From Armatimonadota bacterium (lineage in GTDB: Bacteria; Armatimonadota; Zipacnadia; Zipacnadales; JABUFB01), in assembly GCA_013314775.1 (NCBI GenBank), contig JABUFB010000002.1, forward strand, positions 122,576 to 186,575: DNA of 64,000 nucleotides, in the 5' to 3' direction. Both the position numbers and the translations under genes were made by a program. The notes under the pieces were generated by a model that had not been told where the DNA came from, did not search any database, and saw only the letters and a program-made list of their open reading frames with translations. This document shows, piece by piece, positions 56,269 to 64,000 of this stretch (position 1 is the first letter of the stretch; every line of letters starts with the position of its first letter).

Positions 56269-57297
56269 TTACGGGCTGGTTGCCTTGAAACGCCGCCCCT
56301 GCAGGGATACTGCCTGAGGGTCATTGAGGACGGACTCCAGGCCGAGGATGGTTGAGGAGAGCGGGTCGGTGGCAACGCGCACCGGTATGCCCAGCTTCTG
56401 GGCAAAATAGGCGTCGATACCCACGAGCAGCGCCCCGCCTCCGGTAAGGACCGCCCCGTTCGCTGCGATCTCGTTCTGCTGCGTGGGGGTGAGTTCGTCC
56501 AGCAGCCAGATGATGTCGGCGATGATGCGGTTCAGGCCGTGTGCGAGGAGCGCAGGGACCTCGGACAGGTCGATATCGGTGCTCAGGGGCGTCCCGCCAT
56601 TGTCGATCGATGCCTCAACCCGCATCGAGTTGCCATTGGACTCTTCGAGCAGCGTCCCCACGTGGAGCTTGATCTGCTCTGCGGTTGCGGCGTTGATGCT
56701 GAATCCCTGGGAGCGTTTGACGGCGCGGCGAATGATCTCATTGAGGTCGTCGCCGCCGTAGCGGATGGTGACGCCGGTGGTGGCCATGCCCATGGCGATG
56801 ATGCCGATATCGGTGACCCCCGCGCCGAGGTCGATGACCATGCGGCTCGAATCGCCGCCCACGGGGATGCCTGCGCCGATTGCGCAGGCCAGGGCACGCT
56901 GTACGCTGAGCACTCTGCCGCCGCCCGCGGATCGCAAGGCGTCGATGAGTGCACGGCGCTCGACCTGACTGGCCTCGTCGGGGTGGGAAGTGATCATCAT
57001 CGGGCTGATGATCGGGCGCTTTCCCAGGGCCTGGTGCACGAACAGGCGCAGCATAGTCACGGCGGCATCGAAGTCGGCAATGACTCCGCCGCGTATTGGA
57101 CGGATGACCTGGACGCCGGCGACGTCTCGCTCGATCATGCGCCGGGCTTCCAGGCCAACGGCGACAGGGTGCCGCCCGCCGGCATCGAAGGCAATGTAGG
57201 AGGCTTCGCGCACAACCACCCCCGCGTCCTTGACGCAGATGTGGGTGTTGGCCGAGCCTAGATCAATGGCGATTTCCTCGCCCCACGGCAATCGCAT
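56269..57297 (-). CDS. mreB: MreB-family actin-like ATPase (rod-shape-determining protein homologue)
   Basis: IAIDLGSANTHICVKDAGVV (phosphate-1), QVERRALIDALRSAGGGRVLSVQRALACAIGAGIPV, MVIDLGAGVTDIGIIAMG (phosphate-2), AVLTGGGALLVGIDAYFAQKLGIPVRVATDPL (adenosine motif). Confidence 0.8.
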   Translation of the reverse strand: MRLPWGEEIAIDLGSANTHICVKDAGVVVREASYIAFDAGGRHPVAVGLEARRMIERDVAGVQVIRPIRGGVIADFDAAVTMLRLFVHQALGKRPIISPMMITSHPDEASQVERRALIDALRSAGGGRVLSVQRALACAIGAGIPVGGDSSRMVIDLGAGVTDIGIIAMGMATTGVTIRYGGDDLNEIIRRAVKRSQGFSINAATAEQIKLHVGTLLEESNGNSMRVEASIDNGGTPLSTDIDLSEVPALLAHGLNRIIADIIWLLDELTPTQQNEIAANGAVLTGGGALLVGIDAYFAQKLGIPVRVATDPLSSTILGLESVLNDPQAVSLQGRRFKATSP

Positions 57298-57531
57298 ACA
57301 GTTCCCCGGATCGAGAGAGTAACAGGAGCGCGTCGGTGCAGCGGGAACTGCGGTCGCGCCACGAGATGCCCCAGCTCACCTGTGTGACCGCAAGTCCAAG
57401 GTAAGCTTGTAGATTGTAGCACAGCCCGGCCCCGCGTCAAAGGTATTGGGCGGGTAAGCGGAGACTGGGAAGGCCGACTCGACGGGGCATCCGGGTCCCC
57501 GGTAGATGCGGAGGCGTCTTTGAACAGGGAC

Positions 57532-58581
57532 TCAGCGGCCGGCCAGGGCTCGGGACAAGTGCTGAGCTATGCAGCGCACAGCGGCCACCGCACGCAGATA
57601 ATCCAGGCGCGTTGGTCCCATGATGCCCAGGGCGCCGATACCCACCTCGGCCGCGGAATAGTGCCGAGCCACGAGCGAACAGCTCTGGAGCGAGGCGAGA
57701 TGGTGCTCGTGGCCGATGGTGACCGACACTTCGGCGGTGCGCGACGCTGGCCGGAGCAGGCGGCGCACAGTGCCGTCGTCATCCAGCGCCCGGACCAAGG
57801 GCTTCAATTTCTCTAGCGCCTGGTATTCAGGGTAGTCGAGAGCGTAGGCGGCGCCGTCCACAAACACCTGCTGCGGCTGTTCGCCCTCGATAGCGTTCTT
57901 GATCTGGTCCAGCAGTTCGGCCGGCACGGCGCTGGCGCCTGAATCATCCACGAGCGTGGCGGGTGAGCTCAGGGTGATCGCCGTGACGTCCCGCGAGGTG
58001 AACCGCTCGCTGAGAATTCGGCTGATGTTCGCTACCTGGTCGGCGCTCAGAGGTTCGGCCGACTGAAGAATGCACTCATTGCGCCCTCCCTGATCGGTCT
58101 CGTAGACAAGGCGCACGACAGAGGCGCTTACGGGAGACAGGCGGATCTCCAGTAGATGCGCCTGTCTGTCCGGCGGCGCCATGAGCAGCGCGGGGGCGCA
58201 GGTAAGCTGGGAGAGCATTCGGGCGGCAGTGCGGTAAAGGAGTTGCGCATCGCCGGCGCAAGCGCGGCATTCGCTGCGCACCCACGTCTCCTCTTCGGGC
58301 CTGACGCTGGCAGGGGGCATGAGACTGTCCACGTAGACCCGGTAGCCCTTGTCACGTGGAACCCGCCCGGCGGAGGTGTGGGGCTGGTGAATATACCCCT
58401 CGCGCTCCAGGGCGCACATGTCATTGCGGATCGTCGCGGTGCTTGCCTCAACACCGTAGTGCTCGCGGACCACGCGGGAACCCACGGGCGCAGCGGTCTC
58501 CACATGCTCCTGGACGATCGCGCCCAGCACCAGGGCTCGCCGCTCGTTCAAAGGGCATGTTCTGTCAGGGCTCACCGTCAT
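57532..58581 (-). CDS. hrcA: heat-inducible transcription repressor HrcA
   Basis: LNERRALVLGAIVQEHVETAAPVGSRVV...ATIRNDMCALEREGYIHQPHTSAGRVPRDKGYRVYVD matches the HrcA N-terminal wHTH and the HTSAGRxPTxKGYR signature. Confidence 0.85.
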   Translation of the reverse strand: MTVSPDRTCPLNERRALVLGAIVQEHVETAAPVGSRVVREHYGVEASTATIRNDMCALEREGYIHQPHTSAGRVPRDKGYRVYVDSLMPPASVRPEEETWVRSECRACAGDAQLLYRTAARMLSQLTCAPALLMAPPDRQAHLLEIRLSPVSASVVRLVYETDQGGRNECILQSAEPLSADQVANISRILSERFTSRDVTAITLSSPATLVDDSGASAVPAELLDQIKNAIEGEQPQQVFVDGAAYALDYPEYQALEKLKPLVRALDDDGTVRRLLRPASRTAEVSVTIGHEHHLASLQSCSLVARHYSAAEVGIGALGIMGPTRLDYLRAVAAVRCIAQHLSRALAGR

Positions 58582-58690
58582 TCAGCTCCCCGAGTATTGT
58601 ATGCTCCAGCGAATCGTATGCAGCACAGCGCCTTGGGTCAAGAGAGGCCGGTGACGGTTCCCACGGTTTCAGTGCCCTGGCTCGACCGCC

Positions 58691-59377
58691 TCAGCGCGCG
58701 ATCGGCGGGAAATCGACCAACGTCATTCGGTCCGTGAGCCAGAAGCCCTCGGTATGTGGCGGGTTTTCTTGGCGGATGCGCTCTGCCTCGGCCTCCATCT
58801 CTTCCCGCGTTCTGCCGAACAAGACCATCTGCGACTCCTGGGTCGCCCGGGCGAGCAGCCCGATATGGCCGTATCCCCGGCAGTCCAGGCGAATGTGCGG
58901 AGGGGTTCCGAATACCCCTTTGTAATAGTAAACGTGTGGAGTGGCCCAGGGTTCTCCCAGGGAAGCCGAAACAGGCTGTCCCGCCTGCCAAAGGGCCTCC
59001 AGGGAAATCTCTCCTGTGCGCAGGTGGTCGCGGTGGCGATCATACGGGCCATGGGTGAAAGCGGCGTCGGGGCGCACTTCGCGGATGACCTGGATAAACT
59101 TGAGGAAAGTCTCCTTATTGTTCTCCAGGCCCATGTCAGGCGCTCCGATGTGGTGTCGCCGGGAGACCCCCATGACACGGTCGGCCTCGGCCTGTTCCTT
59201 GATGCGCATCCGGACGATGGTGTCCTTCCATTCCGGATGCGGGTAGCCCTCGCAGCCGTCGGTGGAGATGCAGACGTGGACCTCGACGCCCAGATCGGAC
59301 AGCTTGCGCATGGTGGCCGCCATGGTCATTTCGTCATCGGGGTGTGCACCGAAAACCAGTATGCGACGGTAGTTCAC
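58691..59377 (-). CDS. PIG-L/LmbE-family N-acetylglucosaminyl deacetylase
   Basis: RILVFGAHPDDE is the PIG-L zinc-binding signature. A His-rich downstream region is present. Confidence 0.85.
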   Translation of the reverse strand: MNYRRILVFGAHPDDEMTMAATMRKLSDLGVEVHVCISTDGCEGYPHPEWKDTIVRMRIKEQAEADRVMGVSRRHHIGAPDMGLENNKETFLKFIQVIREVRPDAAFTHGPYDRHRDHLRTGEISLEALWQAGQPVSASLGEPWATPHVYYYKGVFGTPPHIRLDCRGYGHIGLLARATQESQMVLFGRTREEMEAEAERIRQENPPHTEGFWLTDRMTLVDFPPIAR

Positions 59378-59603
59378 GAGGATCGCCTCCCGCGGTTATG
59401 GCGGATGATTTCGACGCCGGGCGACTCATGTCCTGCCGGGAGGTAGCCGGCGTCAGCGGGGCGAACTGGTCTGTAAGCAGTTCCGTGTGCCCCAACCGTG
59501 AACCCCGCAGCGGACAGTCGCGTCCGCGAGACGGGAGAGGATTCGGCCGGGCAGGTCGCCACTTCGGGCCTGCCCAGCCGCAATGCAACCGGGAGACCCC
59601 AAG

Positions 59604-62393
59604 ATGCGCATACTTCTGTCAATCTTGCTGACCCTCGCGGCGACCTGGGCTTGCGCCCAACCGCGGACGTTACTGGAGTGGAACTTCGATACGGACGGCG
59701 ATTTCGAGGGCTGGAAGGCGGCCAATCACATCACCGGGCTTCGGGTGGAGGGTGGAGCGCTCAAGGGCACCATTGCGAACTGGGACCCCTTCGTGACCGG
59801 GCCCCAGTTTGACATTCCCGCCACGCCGTGGCAGCGCATTGAAGTGCGCATGAGGACGGATTGCGATGGTGGCGGCGAGTTCTTCTGGACCAACACCACC
59901 CAGAGCCAGTACGGAGGGTTCTCGCCGGGCAAGGAGACGCCGTTCCGGATCAACGGGGACGGGCAGTGGCATACGTATCAGGTCTACCCGTTCTGGCACA
60001 CCGAAAAAAAGATCATTCTGCTGCGCCTGGATTTCGCGCGTCCCGCTGAAGCCGACTATGGGAAAAAGACCTTTGAGGTGGACTACATCCGGATCGTCGA
60101 CCTCGGCTCGCCTGATGAACTGGCCACCGAACCCGACTGGAAGTTCGGTGGGACCACGCTGAACTGGGAGCCGGCGGAAGGTGCGACGGTAGTTGCCACG
60201 CAAGATGGTCTGCGGTTTTCGTCGGGAGACAACCCCGGATCGTACATGCTTAGCCCGGCCCTGCGCTGTACGCTGGACGACCGCCTCTGGGTGCACATTG
60301 ACATGAAGCTGGACAAGGGCACCGCCGGCTACATCCGATGGGTTTCCTCGGACTTCGGGAACATTCACTTGCGAAAGTTCCCGGTCAAAGGCGATGGGAA
60401 GTTCCATAGCTACAATGTGGACATGGGCGGGAATCGGGAATGGTCGGGTGATATCCTGCTGCTGAGCCTGCAGCCCACCAATACCGCCGGGGCTACAGCG
60501 GTGATCCGGCGGATTGCCTTGACGGAGGAACCGGAGGGGACGCCTGAAGTCGAGGTCACCTACGTGGGCCTGGAAGACGCCATCAACCGGGCTGGACGAC
60601 CCGCGAATTTGCTCATCAACCTCATGAACCGCGGTGGCGAGACGGCGCGCGGGCTTGTCATTGATTCGCTGAGCCTGCCTGAAGGCGTGCAAGTCGCGAG
60701 TAGGGGAGACTGGCGACAGATTGAGGAGTTGGCGCCCTTCGAGCCGGCGACCCACAAGGTCAGCGTGACCGCGACGGGAGCGGTCAAAGGAACGGCGTCG
60801 GTGAAGCTTTCGGGCGCCGGCGCGCCGGATGAACCCGTGACCGGGGAAGTGGCCTTTACCGAGCCGCTGAATGTGGCGAAGGCGGATTATGTGCCGGAAC
60901 CGCGCCCGGTGGAATCTGATTACGAGATCGGCGCTTTGTACTTCCCCGGGTTCCCGACCATGGACCGCTGGGACCCGATCCGACGGGTGTCGCCGGAGCG
61001 CAAGCCGGTACTGGGGTGGTATGACGAGGGCAACCCGGAGTGCGTGGACTGGCAGATCAAGTGGGCGGTGGAGCACGGAATCAAATTCTTCCTGGTGGAC
61101 TGGTACTGGAGCGCCGGAGGTCGGCACCTGGAACACTGGGTGAAGGCTTTCGAGAAAGCGCGGTACCGCCGCTACCTGAAGTGGGCGATGATGTGGGCGA
61201 ACCACAACCCGGCGGGTTCGCACTCGGAAGAGGACCAGCGGGCGGTCACTCAGTATTGGCTGGACAACTGCTTCAACATGCCCGAATACATGCGCATCGA
61301 CGACAAGCCCGTGGTGATGATCTGGAGCGTCGCCGGCATGGACCGGGATATGGAGGGCAAGGGCGGCGCCGCGCGGCTGCTTGAAATCAGCCGGGAGATG
61401 GCTATCGAGGCGGGCTACAAAGGCATCTACTTCATCGCCATGAAGTGGCCCGAGGCATCCACCGACCCGGCGATCATCAAAGACCTGGCCGACAAGGGCT
61501 TCGACATGACCAGCATCTACCACTACATGCACCACGGCGGGAAGGCCGAGGACCCGCAGCATTTCCCCTTTGAACTGGTGGCGGATTCGAGCTACGACCA
61601 CTGGAAGTCCTGGCATGAGGCCAACATCATCCCCTTCCTGCCCAATCTGTCGACAGGATGGGACTCCCGGCCCTGGCACGGGGACAAGTCTACAGTGATC
61701 TACGGTCGGACCCCGGAGCTGTTCCGACGCATCTGCCAGGACGCAAAGCGGTTCGCGGACGAGACCGGCGTAACCCGGATGACCCTGGCGCCGCTCAATG
61801 AGTGGGGGGAGGGCTCCTACGCCGAGCCGTGTAAGGAGTTCGGATTCGAGATGTACGACGCGGTGCGGGACGTTTTCTGCAAGAAACCCGCGGAAGGCTG
61901 GCCGCCCAACCTGATCCCCTCGGACGTGGGCCTGGGTCCGTACGACCTGCCAGAAGCAGAGGCGCTCAAGCGAGACGCCTGGGACTTCTCTGACGGTGCC
62001 CAGGGTTGGGGCCCCTTCATGGGCATCGGCGCCTTCGCGGTGAAGGACGGAGCGCTGGAGTTCGTCACCAGTTCCCAGGACCCAGCCATCGGTACCTCGC
62101 TCAAGGGCATCCGGGCGTCGGACTGGACCCACGTACTGGTGCGGATGAAGATCGACAGCCTTCAGCAGCCGGGTGAGGAGGCCCAGCTCTTCTGGTCAAC
62201 AACTACCACCGGCATAAGTGAGGCCAACAGCGCGAAGTTCAAGCTGGTTGGGGACGGGGAGTACCACGACTACCTGATTCCGGTGGGCGAAAACAACCGC
62301 TGGAAGACAGGGATCACCAGCTTCCGGTTCGACCCGTGCGGGCACGCGAATGCTCGCATAGCCATTGATGAGATCCGACTGGTGAAGGAATAG
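59604..62393 (+). CDS. large secreted multi-domain protein: CBM-like beta-sandwich domains flanking a putative glycoside-hydrolase TIM-barrel-like core
   Basis: MRILLSILLTLAATWACAQ signal peptide. N- and C-terminal jelly-roll-like segments (LLEWNFDTDGDFEGWKA..., WDFSDGAQGWGPF...). The core GWYDEGNPECVDWQIKWAVEHGIKFFLVDWYW is reminiscent of GH99/GH71-like glycosidases. The long antisense ORF 59670..62132 is rejected. Confidence 0.75.
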   Translation: MRILLSILLTLAATWACAQPRTLLEWNFDTDGDFEGWKAANHITGLRVEGGALKGTIANWDPFVTGPQFDIPATPWQRIEVRMRTDCDGGGEFFWTNTTQSQYGGFSPGKETPFRINGDGQWHTYQVYPFWHTEKKIILLRLDFARPAEADYGKKTFEVDYIRIVDLGSPDELATEPDWKFGGTTLNWEPAEGATVVATQDGLRFSSGDNPGSYMLSPALRCTLDDRLWVHIDMKLDKGTAGYIRWVSSDFGNIHLRKFPVKGDGKFHSYNVDMGGNREWSGDILLLSLQPTNTAGATAVIRRIALTEEPEGTPEVEVTYVGLEDAINRAGRPANLLINLMNRGGETARGLVIDSLSLPEGVQVASRGDWRQIEELAPFEPATHKVSVTATGAVKGTASVKLSGAGAPDEPVTGEVAFTEPLNVAKADYVPEPRPVESDYEIGALYFPGFPTMDRWDPIRRVSPERKPVLGWYDEGNPECVDWQIKWAVEHGIKFFLVDWYWSAGGRHLEHWVKAFEKARYRRYLKWAMMWANHNPAGSHSEEDQRAVTQYWLDNCFNMPEYMRIDDKPVVMIWSVAGMDRDMEGKGGAARLLEISREMAIEAGYKGIYFIAMKWPEASTDPAIIKDLADKGFDMTSIYHYMHHGGKAEDPQHFPFELVADSSYDHWKSWHEANIIPFLPNLSTGWDSRPWHGDKSTVIYGRTPELFRRICQDAKRFADETGVTRMTLAPLNEWGEGSYAEPCKEFGFEMYDAVRDVFCKKPAEGWPPNLIPSDVGLGPYDLPEAEALKRDAWDFSDGAQGWGPFMGIGAFAVKDGALEFVTSSQDPAIGTSLKGIRASDWTHVLVRMKIDSLQQPGEEAQLFWSTTTTGISEANSAKFKLVGDGEYHDYLIPVGENNRWKTGITSFRFDPCGHANARIAIDEIRLVKE

Positions 62394-62490
62394 AGGGGCA
62401 CGAACGGGTGTGCACAGCGCCGGAAGAACGGCCGCGGAAGCGCCCGATGCGCGGAGGCGAAGCAGCATCGATTCAGGAAAGCGCAATGGC

Positions 62491-63324
62491 TTGAGCAGGC
62501 GGTCCTTTCTGCGCCGGCTGGGTTGCGCCGCCACTGGGCTTCTTCTCGGCGGGAGTGTCATCGACAGCCTGCGCGAGCCCGACCAGTTGCGGGTCACCCG
62601 GGTGAGCGTTCCCTTCCACAACCTGCCACCAGGGTTCGAGGGCCTGCGCATCGCCCAGCTTACCGATTTGCACCACGGGCCAACCGTGCCCCTTGACTTT
62701 GTGCAGCGCGCCGTCGATATGGCGAACGGGCTCGAGCCGGACCTTGTCGCGCTTACCGGCGACTACGTCTACCGCGGCACCGAGTACATTCCTCCTTGCA
62801 TCCGGGTCCTTGGCGGACTGCGGGCGCCTCTGGGGGTATTCGCGGTCCTGGGCAACCACGACCACTGGCATGGCGCGTCCCTGACCCGGGAGTGGATGGC
62901 GCGGGTGGGGATCGCCGACCTGACCAATGCCGCAATGGCCATTCAGCGCGGAAACGACCGGCTGTGGGTGGCTGGCGTGGGCGATCTGTGGGAAGACACT
63001 CAGCGTCTGGACTACGCCCTCGCAGGCTCCCCCGCCAATGCCCCCGTGTTTCTCCTGTCCCACAATCCCGACTATGCGCACCTTCTCACTGACCGCCGGG
63101 TCGGCCTCATGCTGTCGGGGCATACCCACGGCGGGCAGGTGAATCTACCGCTGTTCGGGCCGCCGATCCTGCCCCTGAGATACGGGCGCAAGTACGCCGT
63201 CGGCCTGGTGCGGGATGATTGGAAGCAGGTGTTCGTGTCTCGCGGCGTCGGCACGATCATCCCCGCGATCCGCTTCCGCTGCAGGCCGGAAGTGGCGCTG
63301 ATCAACCTGACGAGGGCTTTGTAA
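62491..63324 (+). CDS. Tat-secreted metallophosphoesterase (calcineurin-like)
   Basis: (M)SRRSFLRRLGCAATGLLLGG twin-arginine signal, if the TTG at 62491 is the start. It then has QLTDLHHG, LTGDYV, GNHD, SHNP, GHTHGG MPP motifs. The ORF-track start at 62410 adds a non-signal extension. Confidence 0.75.
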   Translation: MSRRSFLRRLGCAATGLLLGGSVIDSLREPDQLRVTRVSVPFHNLPPGFEGLRIAQLTDLHHGPTVPLDFVQRAVDMANGLEPDLVALTGDYVYRGTEYIPPCIRVLGGLRAPLGVFAVLGNHDHWHGASLTREWMARVGIADLTNAAMAIQRGNDRLWVAGVGDLWEDTQRLDYALAGSPANAPVFLLSHNPDYAHLLTDRRVGLMLSGHTHGGQVNLPLFGPPILPLRYGRKYAVGLVRDDWKQVFVSRGVGTIIPAIRFRCRPEVALINLTRAL

Positions 63325-63582
63325 GGCGATCCAGTTCGGTGAACAGTGCCCGACGGGCGCGATGGTATGCGCCGGGCGATTTTTCGTACTCGGTACAGGT
63401 GCGCACGACGCGGCGCGCCTTGAGTGCGGGGGCTATCCAGTCGCGCATGGCTCCAAGGGTACCGCCTGCACTGCGACACCGTCAACACCGGCTACCAAGA
63501 CGAAGCCGGCCCACTCCCGTCCCTATGGAGGCAGAATCCAGTGACCAGGTATGCACTCAGGTGTGGTCGGCGCACAATACCG

Positions 63583-64000
63583 ATGATGCTTGCCGCTCTG
63601 ATCACGATGCTCTGGGGGACAATCGCGATGGCACAGGAAGACTCAGCACCCAAGCGCGGTGACGTGGCGTTCCAGACGAGCTTCGACACCGCAGAGGACC
63701 GCCAGGGTTGGTCGACCGCGCCGTGGGCCGAGTGGGTGCCGGGCTACGAAGGGACGACTTCGCTCCGCGTGACGGTGCCGGCCGAAGACGCGGCGGAGAG
63801 CCGGATGATCGTCCTGCCCATCGACCTGACGCGGTACCGGGGCTGCAGGCTGGCAGTGGAGTGCATGGCCAAGGCCGAAGGGGTCAGCAAGCCGCCGCAG
63901 CCGTACCTGGGCGTGAAGTGCATGTTGCACTACAGGTCCGAGACTAGCGGACCATTCTGGAGCAACCAGAACAACGTCTTCGGCACCTTCGACTGGAAGA
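63583..64000 (+). CDS. secreted protein, partial (N-terminal CBM-like/jelly-roll domain; continues beyond the window)
   Basis: MMLAALITMLWGTIAMAQE signal peptide. DVAFQTSFDTAEDRQGWSTAPWAEW resembles the N-termini of the 25847 and 59604 proteins. Open to the window end. Confidence 0.5.
   Translation, partial: MMLAALITMLWGTIAMAQEDSAPKRGDVAFQTSFDTAEDRQGWSTAPWAEWVPGYEGTTSLRVTVPAEDAAESRMIVLPIDLTRYRGCRLAVECMAKAEGVSKPPQPYLGVKCMLHYRSETSGPFWSNQNNVFGTFDWK

Noticed and set aside
57298-59582. CIRCE operator search around hrcA
   Set aside because: No TTAGCACTC-N9-GAGTGCTAA-like inverted repeat was found by eye. The nearest is TAGCACAGC at ~57408, without a partner arm. Reported as an absence, not as a feature.
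59670-62132. 820-aa minus-strand ORF
   Set aside because: Antisense to the secreted multi-domain + strand gene (signal peptide, Trp/Tyr-rich glycosidase-like core). Its composition is Arg/Gly/His-rich.
63325-63470. 47-aa minus-strand micro-ORF (MRDWIAPALKARRVVRTCTEYEKSPGAYHRARRALFTELDRLTKPSSG) overlapping the end of the phosphoesterase gene
   Set aside because: No recognisable RBS or promoter. It overlaps a well-supported CDS, and its composition is compatible with chance.

Overview
GC-rich (~65% GC) bacterial chromosomal window. Two paralogous prepilin-type N-terminal methylation-motif proteins carrying the H-X9-DG motif (DUF1559-like) suggest a PVC-group (Planctomycetota/Verrucomicrobiota) or Armatimonadota-like organism. 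This is inference from protein families only. I support about 60 genes at high coding density, many of them translationally coupled (ATGA or TGAGTG overlaps) and several with GTG/TTG starts. Housekeeping core: guaA-hpt-rho, a fused alpha/beta TPP-dependent 2-oxoacid dehydrogenase E1, pta, a fused pabB-pabC, hrcA, an MreB-family actin homologue, an LptC/LptA-like pair, a GT4 glycosyltransferase, a PIG-L deacetylase, a Gfo/Idh/MocA oxidoreductase, and Hyi-type and xylose-isomerase-like TIM-barrel enzymes. Interleaved with these are secreted glycan-degrading candidates: a GH42-like hydrolase truncated at the window start, a GH2, three CBM-like/GH-like secreted proteins, and two carbohydrate-esterase-like alpha/beta hydrolases. 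There is also a membrane-stress module of a PspA-like gene, nfeD and a flotillin gene. No rRNA, tRNA, CRISPR array, transposase or integrase was recognised. The most unusual items are: (i) an O-antigen-ligase-like membrane protein, a thymidylate-synthase-fold protein and a GlmU-like nucleotidyltransferase/hexapeptide-repeat protein, all tightly coupled; (ii) a tandem pair of paralogous membrane-anchored proteins with a novel C-terminal Cys/His zinc-finger-like module; (iii) an unannotated 34-aa Cys/Lys-rich micro-ORF with a near-perfect promoter and Shine-Dalgarno, lying between glycoside-hydrolase genes; (iv) an NfeD protein carrying a (DHDVD)n His/Asp-rich tandem repeat; (v) a consensus sigma70 promoter followed by a ~380-nt leader ahead of guaA. 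Long antisense ORFs are numerous and were rejected as GC-content artefacts.
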